From Botryllus schlosseri (taxonomy: Eukaryota): 64,000 nucleotides of DNA. The stretch covers positions 1,178,001-1,242,000 of the forward strand of contig CM119379.1 in the NCBI GenBank assembly GCA_051294905.1, read 5' to 3'. Numbering within the stretch: the first letter of the stretch is position 1; every line of letters begins with the position of its first letter. The position numbers and the translations under genes were made by a program. Shown here piece after piece: positions 49,601 through 59,296 of the stretch. The notes beneath the pieces were generated by a model that was given only the letters and a program-made list of their open reading frames with translations, ran no database searches and was not told where the DNA came from.

Positions 49601-52600
49601 ACAACGAACCAGATCGGCACAGGAATTCGATCATAAACATCGAATTCACTCTTGCCGAACTGAATCAAGCTTTGCGTAGCCGAAAATCCACTTCACCCGG
49701 GGAGGACTCCATAGGGTAATCGATGTTAAAAAATCTATCATCCTCCGGTCGCGCCGATCTTTTGAAACTATACAATGCATCCTGGGAGACGGGGAAATTG
49801 CCAGTCTCGTGGAAACATGCTATAGTCTGCCCAATTGCCAAAAAGGGCAAAGATCCTACCTCTGTGGAATCGTACCGCCCTATATCTCTCACGAGTCACA
49901 TTTGTAAAGTCATGGAAGTAATGGTCACCAATCGATTAAGATGGGATTTGGAGTCAAAAAATCTGATACATCCCTCACAGTCCGGCTTCCGGCGTGGTCG
50001 AAGCACCCTGGACCACATACTGCGTCTCCACGACACGATTTACAAGAATATCCATCACCAGCGATCGGTTGTAGCGGTCTTCTTAGACATAAGTCGAGCC
50101 TACGATATGGTGTGGCGCCACGCACTTCTGTACAAACTATACCAGCTCGGTATACGCGGACACATGCACCGATGGATTACAAATTTCCTTTCTGACAGAA
50201 CTTTCCAGGTGACCGTAGGAAACACTCTTTCCGACAGTTATGTACTGCAGAACGGTATACCACAGGGAAGCGTTCTCAGCCCCTTGCTGTTTGCGGTAAT
50301 GATCAATGATTTACCGAGCTCGTTAGGTCATCGGTCTGAACATGCGGTGTTCGCAGATGACTGCGCTGTTTGGGATAGCGGTCTTCTTATCCAGCCTCTC
50401 TTGTCTTCAATTCAATCATCACTCGATGTAATAAGCGACTGGTGTTCCAGATGGGGGTTTACCATCAGCAAGGCAAAGACCGTAGGCATGCTGTTCACGA
50501 AGAAAAGGAAAATTCCTCCACTCATCTTGAAAACTGGTGACCATGAAATTGAATTTGTCGACACCTACAAATATTTGGGTATCACGTTTGACAAATTGCT
50601 TAACTATAAGCAACATATCGATACGATTTCCAAAAAGTGCTCCAACAGACTGAATCTAATCAGAGTCGTGACTGGTACCGCATGGGGAGCGAGTAAAAGA
50701 CCATTGCTGCAACTTTTCAGGGCGCTGATACGCTCACTGATTGACTATGGGTTACCAGCATATTACTTCGCCCCAAAAAAGTATCTGGACAAGTTACGCA
50801 CCATACGAAATCAAGCTCTCCGCCTCTGCTGTGGAGCAATGCGCAGCACCCCCATTTGTGCACTGGAAGCATCATGTGACGAGCTTCCTCTCCATCTGCG
50901 CCACAAACAGCTTAGCCTTAACTATCGCTGCCACCTTAGAGGTTACCAGGCTCACGAACACCCAACATTAGGAGTGCTTGAAGACTCTTGGCAGGGGATA
51001 TATAGCCTCATGAACCCAAAATTCATTACCTTCAACATCGCCACCAATGTCGAGTCTCTGAATAACCTTGTCTTGGAAAGAAAAAGTCTTCCAAATTTGC
51101 CTCCATGGCTGATTCAATCACCTAATATTAATTTAGACCTTGCAAAAATCATTAAAAAAGATATCGCACCTCTGTCGCATAAACCCATAGTCCTGGACTT
51201 CATATTCGAACGAGATAGGGATGCCACTGAAATATACACTGACGGCTCCAAATCAGCAGAGGGAGCCGGTTTTGCCTTTACCATCCCGTCGCTGATGATA
51301 AACTTTTCCCAGTCGTGTTCCACTCTTAAGTCAATCTTCTCCATAGAAGCACAAGCCATTCTCCACGCTCTAAAATGGATCTGCCAGAATGGCTCATACC
51401 AACAAACATATCTGATTCTATCGGACAGTCTGAGCGTGCTATCCGCTATGACCAACCTGCAGGCACCGCAAACGCAGAATGTTATATTTGAATGTGGTCG
51501 CTTGCTGAACCAAGTGGTTCAGAAAGGCGCCATTGTTGTCCTGGCCTGGGTACCGGGGCATGCTGATATCGGTGGTAATGAATTAGCTGATAAATTGGCT
51601 TGGCAAGCTGCCAGGACCAATATCGAAAATACCCCTTCTCAGACGCTTCCAGACAAAATTAGCCACGCTGAGGCGAAAGCCAAAGTACGGCAATACTGTA
51701 GAGCGACCTGGAACGCCGAATATCAACGAAATGAGCGTGGAGGTCACTATCGAAATTTCCATAGATCATTGACTGATGGCCACTTTCCATCGATGCATCG
51801 ACATAGGCTTTACGAACGAATAATATTTCGGCTTCGTTCAGGCCATTGCCGCCTGAAAGCGCATTTATTTAAAATTTGATGTAGCGACACCGACCTATGC
51901 GACCATTGTACAGTACCTGAAACAGTCGAGCATTTTTTGCTGCACTGCAATCGATATGATTTTCATCGGAACTTTTTAATCGACAGGGCGCGCGAGCTCA
52001 AAATCACTGCAACACTCGAAAATCTACTGATCATCCCCGAAATGTTATCCCATGTTGCAGAATTTGTTATATCTTGTGGTAGGCTACTTACTTGTAAATC
52101 GGTTATTGCCCATATTTTGGTAAATCGCTCATTCTAGTCCGTGACGCACCTGGCCTTACAGGCGAAAAGCGTCACTCATCTTTTCATCAATAATAATAAT
52201 ATTAATAAAAAAAAGTGTAGGCCTACTACATAGCGGGATTCTCCTGAATCCGAGTCCAGCCTAATACCGATTCAAAATAATAACAATCTGAAATCGAGCA
52301 TATATCAAGAAACGAGAACACATTAAAGCAGTGGTTCTCAAACTCTTTTAGACACGCTCCCCTTTTTGATAGGGAAAAATTTCGTTCCCCCTATCGTTAT
52401 ATAACAAAATGCAACAGAATGCTAGCAATACAAACGGCTAGTTTGATGGCATGGAAGGTTATGGATGTTGATGAGAGAATTCTCAAATATGAAACTGGAC
52501 TATACACAGAGAAATAACTATGAATTGGAGATGAATGGCGCGCAGCGCAAACATTTTTTTCAGTTGACCGCAGTTTCGTGCCCCCTTCAGATGCTTTCAC

Positions 52601-54643
52601 GCCCCATGGGGGGGGGGGGCAAGTTTGAGAACCACTGCATTCAAGAATGAGTAATCAAACGGAACAGAGACGGTGCGATAAAAGTGCTAAGTATCTAAAT
52701 TAATTTGTAACAATACGGTGTCAGTAGTACTTGCGTTTGTAATGAAAGATGTCGCGGGCCGCAAAATAAACGTCTGCGGGCCGCGGGTTGAGAACCACTG
52801 GTTTAGTGAGTCAGCTTTCCTCGTCTAAACGCGCGAAGCGCCAGAAAATTCCATAATTCATAGCTGAATCGGGCAATATTGTTGGCAATTACATTTATAT
52901 TGCTATCAATTTTTATCCTCTCTCTGCTCACGTAATCAGATTTACCGGTAGAGCTGAGTGAGGTTTGTTTGAAAAGGCAGGACCCCTCAATAATAAGTAA
53001 ACATCTCCGGGTGTATTGGTGTAACCGTGGGCGAGAACGAAACAGCACTTCGTCAGCCCCCCCCCCCCAATAAAGCTTGATTCTTTGGCTCCCATACGGT
53101 GATAAACCGACCCGCCATCACGTTGTTCGCTTTTGCCACGAAATCAAAGATGTATTGTTTAGTGAGCCAGCGCAAAGCGCAAAATTTTTCGATATTTCAT
53201 GATAAAATCGGTCAATAAGATCGGGAATCGCATGTATATTGCTATCAATTTGTTGTCCTCTCTGCTCACGTAATCAGATTTACCCGTAGAGCCCGTAGAT
53301 AATCATTAAACATCTTCGGGTGGGCGGACCCGTTGGTATGACTTCGTTACATGATGTTTTTTCGTGACCTCCTGTCTGCTATATAAAAAATATAGAATCG
53401 CCCAAACGTACAAAACTAAAAGATCACACAATTTCAAATTGGTATTTCTTCCCTAGCATATAATTTTTCCCTGCGGGGGGGTATTTGTCTTGCGAGGTTC
53501 AGATTGCCAAGACAGGAACATTTAGGCGCCAGTCATTTAGGCGCCTATGAACAATTAAACCTACATGTATTTCGTATATAAAACGAAGTTTTCGGTCAGC
53601 AGAAGGGGAGTCTTTTTCGGCCAAGGTATTCTCGCTGCCTATCGTTCTGGCACACTTCTTGCAGTCGCATGTTACATGATCTAAGACTTTATATGTCTTG
53701 GTGCGTCGTGGCTATGGCCAACGCCGATATGCCCATTTCTATAAATCGTTTGTATTTTTTCTTGGGGGAAGAGTACCCAACATTCAAGATATTTTGCACC
53801 TTGAAATCGCGCAAGGCGCGAAAAAGTTTTGAAAAAGTTGCATAAATTTTCAAAAAATACTCTATAATTTATGCAAATTCACGGAATAATTTTGGGCCCC
53901 CTTCGAGCTCGGGCCCCCCCAATTGGGGGGTTTGGGGTGCGGCAGTTACGGCCTTGCGTATTAACGCATATAGCACAATACCATATGCAGACTTTTGCTC
54001 AGCGAGCAATACTCACACGTATCTTATAGGTTTTTACTCGCTATCCGATTGGTATTAATGTTGGCAGTGTCTTACTGAAGCCTAGAATTGAATAAATCTT
54101 CTCCAAATTATTCCACGTTATATATCTAAGTACGAAAGATTTGCGGAGCTCCTTTCGAGCTTTTCGCTCGCGGTTGGGGCGCTTGAAGTGCGGCAGTTAT
54201 TACGCTGAGCCCTATATTAATTACCATATTCGTAGGTATAGCCTATTGCCCCGTGTATTTAAAATACCTTTTGTCGCATTTTATCCGCGAAAAACAGACC
54301 GGCTATCGTCAAACTACACGCAACTGATACCGGTGCGACGCACCATATCAAACCGAGTCCCGTCGAGTAGACTGTTTCTGCTGTACCATTCAAGGCACCT
54401 CCACCTATCCACGTTGCTAAATCAGATCAAATATAGTTTCAAAATCTCATCAATATATCATTGTTAAGTTTTACCAGTCATCGTGCATATTCCTACTCCT
54501 AATCCGATGTCTTTTGCTCCGACAATCATGTTTTCTGCAGGCTTTTGACTCTTCCGAGTGCGAGTCATTCTGGCCGCCCATATACCGGCCACCGCGATGA
54601 TTATATAGAAAAGTATTATTGATATCAGCATTACAACATCCAT
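25644..54643 (-). CDS. SLC5A7: High-affinity choline transporter (SLC5A7/CHT1)-like sodium:solute symporter, divergent, 9 coding exons, 522 aa
   Basis: Exons (minus strand): 54475-54643, 54268-54416, 37275-37395, 37044-37192, 36782-36916, 30867-31020, 29392-29618, 27560-27706, 25644-25961. Total 1569 nt in frame. Motifs colinear with CHT1: [99 protein letters not shown]. Intron 3 (37193-37274) is GC-AG and intron 2 is 16.9 kb. An in-frame upstream ATG could extend the N-terminus. Confidence 0.92.
26921..27156 (-). mobile_element. tRNA-derived SINE, family B (possibly Meta-domain type)
   Basis: Minus strand: GAGATAGTGTAATG..GGTCGTGGGTTCGATCCCCGGCCGGGTCAAACCAAAGACTCGAAAATTGGTA, ending in a (TC)n tail. 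Confidence 0.7.
27288..27405 (+). mobile_element. 3' UTR-only stub of the same LINE family, inside a hAT-type MITE
   Basis: AAGGTGGGTGTC.GATTCCAT..AAGTCGCTTCGACA..TTGTATCGCATTTTGTGGTG..GAACTGATAAAA.TTGCTAATAAACCAA matches about 34885-34996. Confidence 0.75.
27928..28400. mobile_element. MITE with long TIRs
   Basis: TGGTACGTCATAAGCTA / TAGCTTATGACGTACCA, with further inverted similarity (GCTACACTTTA / TAAAGTGTAGC). Confidence 0.7.
28739..29104. mobile_element. hAT-type MITE
   Basis: TIR TAGGGTTACCATA / TATGGTAACCCTA. Related fragments near 26445-26680, 31620-31715 and 55260-55650. Confidence 0.7.
31083..31275. mobile_element. hAT MITE
   Basis: TIR CAATGTTCCCTCTAA, TSD ATCA(A/G)CAC and internal TGCGCA repeats. 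Confidence 0.82.
31362..31502 (+). mobile_element. Possible piggyBac transposase C-terminal cysteine-rich remnant
   Basis: [19 protein letters not shown] and, in a shifted frame, NVEQCF*YYH, resembling the CxxC..CxxC..CFxxYH pattern. Confidence 0.4.
32204..33799. mobile_element. hAT MITE nested in 32044-35787
   Basis: CAGGCGTGGGCAA / TTGGCCAACTCTT ends and TSD GTC(T/C)ATAT. Confidence 0.7.
32401..33660. mobile_element. hAT element nested in 32204-33799
   Basis: TIR TAGAGCCCGACCGAT, TSD GTATAGAG and CCGATA subterminal repeats. Confidence 0.88.
34375..35010 (+). mobile_element. 5'-truncated CR1/L2-group (Crack/Daphne-like) LINE 3' end
   Basis: ORF2 C-terminus [40 protein letters not shown], followed by a 3' UTR, AATAAA and a (TGA)n tail. 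Confidence 0.82.
36397..36644. mobile_element. hAT MITE (family M1)
   Basis: TIR CAGTG and TSD ATCTAAAT. Homologous to 8437-8736. Confidence 0.85.
37765..38010. repeat. Dispersed repeat with ACTTCTACTT subrepeats; inverted homolog at about 16862-17165
   Basis: GTAACGAA.TACTTC start and TTACTTCTAC..GGTGA.TACTTTGACC end are shared in opposite orientation. Confidence 0.6.
40585..42202. mobile_element. Palindromic (foldback) hAT MITE, about 620 bp net, in copy A
   Basis: TIR TAGGGCTGTTCAAAAATAACC and TSD ATGTCCAC. The whole element is a near-perfect inverted repeat centred at about 40885. The empty site is at about 46397-46404. Confidence 0.9.
41177..42174. mobile_element. hAT element nested in the foldback MITE
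   Basis: TIR TAGGGATGGTGTGAAC, TSD GAAAAAAG and GTTCAC/GTGAAC subrepeats. Confidence 0.88.
42694..43010. mobile_element. hAT MITE (family M1) in copy A
   Basis: TIR CAGTGGTTCTCAAAC. Same insertion site as 52329-52637 in copy B. Confidence 0.85.
43377..44232. mobile_element. Second, right-truncated copy of the 39371-43368 family
   Basis: Colinear with 39371-39990 and 43180-43260. It lacks the inner insertion and has no right TIR. Confidence 0.72.
44265..45160 (-). mobile_element. Penelope-like element 3' remnant (GIY-YIG endonuclease region) with a 5' inversion, interrupted by a SINE
   Basis: Minus strand reads [16 protein letters not shown]|[37 protein letters not shown] plus-strand inverted piece at about 45060-45155 reads [23 protein letters not shown]. 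Confidence 0.85.
44547..44826 (+). mobile_element. tRNA-derived SINE, family A, inserted in the Penelope remnant
   Basis: Closely similar to 4232-4508, with (AAAC)n tail and imperfect TSD TTGTTT(AT)TGTAAAG. It splits the codons PALQ|TSII. Confidence 0.88.
46915..48327 (+). CDS. LINE ORF1 (gag-like nucleic-acid-binding protein) with three CCHC zinc knuckles, 470 aa
   Basis: [28 protein letters not shown] and [15 protein letters not shown]. The ORF is uninterrupted and overlaps the ORF2 ATG by 8 nt. Confidence 0.92.
   Translation: MENMDAETSSRMKRKKCSVKEAESDSDENRNGAKVIARDYATTPNNPDPCPKVTSPSQVSSAVPSSIPVSGNLKVLLSGEGRLMKSYHPDLVNKALHASIGSYADIKVLRSGDILITCNNEKQAKQLLDCTILKSASTTIKIKTSIFQPRPYVSRAVIPGVPVEISEQELLESFRSMNVIHVKRLTKKTKDGTVSTTAVLLSFSTVTIPPHVMFHYLRFKTRQYNPPPTRCFQCNRFGHVAKHCRGKRCCSKCGGRDHAYDDCSNNKKCVNCNEEHSAAYGGCIIYKEEVKFNALREGYHMSLTQPQPKETPETMSEYHESVIVDDPAPNRLDVHRISKPYPQRLSYKNILTRGRSYRPTTPQPNDGDLRHWRQPPPARTAANPTVETAPSGLASIDPVVLLALIAEIVKITVNACKSSDSGTVLHTIVAKAASKYLGFSVDPISLKNVTKSFGETEDTPSQTSNGTLNG
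48320..52137 (+). pseudogene. LINE ORF2 (AP endonuclease, reverse transcriptase, RNase H, CCHC), disabled by one frameshift and two nonsense codons
   Basis: APE motifs QWNCRG, IQESH, GDFNAHH, SDH. RT motifs [36 protein letters not shown]. RNase H motifs [33 protein letters not shown]-terminal [14 protein letters not shown]. Frameshift near 49365, TAA at 49717-49719, TGA at 51877-51879. Confidence 0.93.
52329..52637. mobile_element. hAT MITE (family M1) in copy B
   Basis: TIR CAGTGGTTCTCAAAC and TSD CATT(A/C)AAG. Confidence 0.85.
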
Positions 54644-56525
54644 ATTATAGAGTAAAAATTGTTGACTTCGTCTTGGTACTATAGACATAAAAGAATGATA
54701 ATTATCATCAAAATAGTCCCAATATACTACTAAAACTGACCCATCACACAATGTACGATCACCAATTTATACTCAACGGCAACCTGCAGACTTTTTATCG
54801 CTTGGTTATGATTCGTCGTGTGCCACCACAATACGCCTGCATGTCGCAAGTGCAAGTGCAATGACTTGGTAAGTTGTTGGAACACCATTACAGTTTCCGC
54901 TTTTCTACCATTCTCTCTTGCATACGTCAATCTTCGGGCTTTTACCACTGATTTGCATGACGTTACAGAGCAATTGCTATTATAATGTCTGCAATACTAT
55001 TAATATTTTTACCTCATTTCTTTCCTGGTTCTCAGTAAAATAGAAACGACTTTCCGATTCCTAGAAAATCTCTATTGGAATTCCGATTCAGAAACCTCAA
55101 CGCTACATTTTCAGTTTCCGGACTGATTGCTATTCTCGCTAACTATGACATATATGTGACTGTGATTCGAAGCATGTTCTAAAATCTAAATCATACAAAG
55201 ATAGAGCTAATCTGTAAGATTTGAATCCGTGTTCAGCATGAAGCCCCTGACTTTATAGTAAGGTTGCCTTACGTCCGGAATTTCTTGGACATGTCCGGAA
55301 TTTCACCGTAAAAACTGCGTCCGGGATGAAATTCTTACATATGCCTAAATGTCTGGAAATTTGAAGGCTTAAAGTAGGCTCAAATTTATTTCGTGAATCA
55401 GCAAACAGTATTATTTTTAAGTAGACTTACGCTATCTGAAATTTTTCTTTGCGCTGCGCGCGCGATTTAGTGCAACGTATTTTGATATTAACACCACGCA
55501 CCGTCCCCGCAAAAAATGCAATCAAAAATAAATAAAAGTAACCATCATTTATTGAAATAAATCTATTTGTAATCGCAATTATAAGATAACGGTATTTTCC
55601 TAGAGTCGGGTAAGGCCATTTCGATGCTTTAGTCCAGGGGCCGGCAACCTCGCATGCAGCGTGCCACTATAGAATGTAAACTTTACATTCTATAGTGCCA
55701 CAAATACCAAGTGACGTGCGAAACATTTTCATTTTTAGCGTTTCAAGCAAGGCATCCCACCAATCGCTTATCTGCAGCTGGTAACGACATCAGCTACGCC
55801 AGTAAGTGTTTCTTACAGTATTGGTCTCGACTGGTATAAAGTTTCGTCGCTACCGCACAACAATCCACAATACTGACAACATCAAAGAAATAAGCCTACT
55901 TCTATCGTTTGTACGATTTGGTCGATCCAGTGACTCCTCTGATCGTTACTAATTGAGTCATTATCTTGAAAGTTCCCGCGCAACTAGTTCGTAGCTAACG
56001 TATCAAAAGGAAGCGAGCTCTAATGTGCCTACTCTCCTTGATCGTTTTGGACCTTATTTTCCAAGACATATGGCAAAAACTCCAACACAAACATGTGGGC
56101 CTGTGGGGTTTTCACCGATTCGACAAACTGGAGCCTACGGGACCTTTGTGTCAGGCTCTCAAAAACGATTTCTGCCAGCAAGCATTTTTCACTCGCGAAA
56201 AATAGGCTGTATGATAGGAGTGCAGAACAGATTTTAAGACCTGGCCATCCAAGCACTAGTAGACATCAGGGCTGTGGAGTCGGTAACTTAATTTTACCGC
56301 CGACTCCGGCTCCACACAATTTCAGTACACCGACTTCGACTCCAGCTGAGTCATTAAACGTACCGACTCCGACTATTATACCAATTTACTTCGAAAATTA
56401 TATGCCACAGTGACGGTCAAATGACTATCGTATAATCATTTCACGTATGCAAAGATATGATTAACGGTGGCATGCAAAATTGCTTCATTCTGGCATAGCT
56501 CGAAGTATTCACTATGCAATTAACG

Positions 56526-57493
56526 TAGTGACGTGCGGTCCAATGAGGCAGGTGAGGCACTGCCTCACCTGTCGTCAGGGCGAGTGAAGCAGGGCGAGTG
56601 AGGCAAGTGAAAATTGTGAAAACCCTGATGATTATTGATATTTAACATCGATGTTCATAAATAACTAAATTTGAACATTTTTTCACACAACATCATCAGT
56701 TTGCATAATTATTATTCAAAAATACAGCGCGAAAGGAGAGTTGAGGCACAGGAGAGGCACGGGCGGGTCGTGCCTCACCTGCGACAAACAATTCATCGTA
56801 AATAGCTCGCAATTCATAAAAACCGGTATCAATCAAATGCTATCGTCGCACTGATTCCGAAAATCCAAATATTAACAGTGTCAGACCACCAGAGCCCCCT
56901 CAAAATCGCAAAGGAAAGTGACATTCGGCTTTATTACAGACAATGCCATCACAGAGAAACAATGACCAGGTGAGGCACAATCGAATCTGCCTCATGCAAT
57001 ATTCGCTAACAATTGGACAATCGCAGCACAGTGAAACGCGCTATCGATTTCGGATTACAACAATATTCTTGACTGTCTATTGTAGGAAATATATAGTAGC
57101 GACGGCCAAAGCGTAATGCGGAGCAAATACATTCCCTTACTTATGTAGCTGTTATTTATTTTCCGTTAAATTGTGGTATGTGATAGCTACTTGCATAGGC
57201 TGCATTGTCGTTGCTTCGAATAATTTATACCGGTACTTGAAGAGATAGTAATTTTTATCAGTCTAAACTTGCCCATTCAGCACAATAGCGACCAGTCCTA
57301 CATGTATCGTATAATGTGGAATTGCAACGGCTATCAGTGTGCAAAGAAAATGCTCTCTATATACCCGCTGCTGTTGTTATTCACATTTAAGATCTCTTTA
57401 TCAGGTAGGCTACCGTACTTTACGTGAGTGCGTGTTTGTGTGTGAGGGTGGTCCGTGCCTCACCAGCCATATGAACCTCACCGCACGTCACTC
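56526..57493. mobile_element. hAT-type element with GCCTCACC/GTGAGGCA subrepeats
   Basis: TIR AGTGACGTGCGGT and TSD AATTAACG. Confidence 0.85.
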
Positions 57494-58898
57494 AATTAAC
57501 GTGAAAGAAGCTTTCTAATCGTCCTTACTATTTCATATATTATATAAGTTTATATAACATGGACTGTCTAATTTCCTAATATGTATGAATCATTCAAACC
57601 TGACATATATCCAATCCTGTATAATTAAAATGTAGATAAAAAGTGGAAGTGTAGCTCTTGTGTATGAGTCAGCAAGTAATACAGATTTAACTTACTAATT
57701 TTCTCATTGCCCTTTATACTGATTACAAGCACACACACTCCTTACTACTAATAGAGATTGGTCATTAATGAAATTTAGGAAGTAGTTAAATAGCACAGCC
57801 TATGTCTAGTCTACATGTAGGCTACTTAGTCAAGGATTCAAGGACTAGCAGTCTTTCTCAATCATTTGTTCGACCCAAGCAGCACTACAAATATTTTAAA
57901 TTTTGTCGCGTGGGAAGCATCGTTTGGTTAAATTGACATCAATTTTACAAAACCATCTGGTGCATTTGCTGTCACAGTATCATGAAAATGGCATTGATTT
58001 GTGACAGCTTGGCGAAGATGCATATTGCGATTTTCTTTCTCTATGCAACTGAATTGTAATTTGTGAATAATGTCCAATTTTATCTATATCAGGGGTGACA
58101 GACGTTTTCGGCCAAAGGGACACATGAGATTTACAAACCATTGCGCGGGCAACTGGAATGTTGATGATCATGACATTTTTGTTGTATTTTTGTACTTCCT
58201 AAATAAAATATCATCACTTTTGTAGTAACGATGTGCGTCGTCCATGTTAGCGAGCACAATGTTGTATTGAACGTGGTTGTTAAACTGTGGTTCTGTTTTA
58301 TATCGAATCTTAATTCATGCGGTCCGCGGCCGCCACGGAATTTGAAAAGTGGCCTGCGATCCGTTTTAGTAGCTGAAATTATGGTATGCCTTGCCGTCAG
58401 AAACCTTGAAATCACAACGAAAATGGTATATTTCATACGACAAAACAACAAACATTAGTTTCAAAGAACCCGCAAATAGCAACACAGCATACTGACGAAT
58501 GCGGAAAAAGCAATTACGGCTGCACAAAATATATGATGTCGATATACAGTTAAAACGAAAAGGTTGTATCAATAATCAGTGAAGATAAAATTCCTCTCAA
58601 TGTACCGAGTGATCAGAAAAGGACACACACATTGCGGTTAAGGCCAGGTAAACGAAAATAAAAAAGCAGCTTGCACTATGTACAATTCTAGTAACCATGT
58701 ATAAGAAAATAGTAGCGACCGTTCTCAATCACCCGTAGCGAGGCTACAGTGAACACTGGATAAAACGTGCAAGAAATAGAAGAACACGAAACAGATGAGT
58801 AGTTAGGCAATTAATAATTTCAACAGTAGTGAAGAACTAGAGCATACACATTGTCACTTTGCTCTTTGGCTGTTAGTTAGTTTTTATTACCCCTACAT

Positions 58899-59296
58899 AA
58901 GGGTTGTTCAAAAATAACCTTTTCCAAACTTTACTGGCTATTTGAAAAAATTGTCAGGTTAGTGAAACGTATGCTGTACACCAAATTTGGCTCAATTCTA
59001 ACCTGTAGAAGCGAATCTACTGGACTTCAGGAATTTGCGAAAATCCCTAGTTTTCTACAACATTATCTCGCTTCTACCCCTCGGAATTGGGCCAAATATG
59101 CTATAAATCGTTCATTTTAGACAACTTGACCATTTTTTTTCCAGTTTTATAATAACTTAAATTTTTTCAACTCCAATATCTTCGTTTCTACAGGACGGAA
59201 TTGAGCCAAATTTGTGGTGCAGCATTCGAGCCAACCAACCTATTTTTTCAATTAGCCAGTAAAATCTGTAGAAAAAGTCACTTCTGAACAACCCTA
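58899..59296. mobile_element. hAT MITE related to the 40585-42202 foldback family
   Basis: AGGGTTGTTCA / TGAACAACCCT ends and TSD CC(C/G)TACAT. Relatives at about 3668-4010, 4937-5100 and 63130-63300. Confidence 0.75.

Larger units (their letters stand above)
46784..52210 (+). mobile_element. Full-length I-group (I/Nimb-like) non-LTR retrotransposon, antisense within SLC5A7-like intron 2
   Basis: 14-bp TSD AAAAGTGTAGGCCT at 46770-46783 and 52211-52224. Contains a 5' UTR, ORF1 and an APE-RT-RNase H-CCHC ORF2. The 3' UTR has a GTGACGC/GCGTCAC hairpin and a (TAA)n/A tail. Confidence 0.95.
45826..52800 (-). mobile_element. hAT (Buster/SPIN-like) deletion derivative, copy B, carrying the LINE
   Basis: TIRs (A)AGGGGTTCTCAAC / GTTGAGAACCACTG and TSD GTTTAGTG. 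Net length about 1534 bp versus about 1551 bp for copy A. Confidence 0.88.
45663..53956. mobile_element. hAT non-autonomous element (outer shell of nest B)
   Basis: TIR CA(G/A)GGCCGTAAC and TSD CGTATTAA on both sides. Confidence 0.88.

Noticed and set aside
47425-51455. Numerous antisense and alternative-frame ORFs
   Set aside because: They are shadow frames of the LINE coding sequence with no independent motifs.
39371-52800. Simple tandem segmental duplication of about 4 kb
   Set aside because: The shared segments are bounded by TIRs with different TSDs in each copy and sit in different host elements, so they are independent transpositions.
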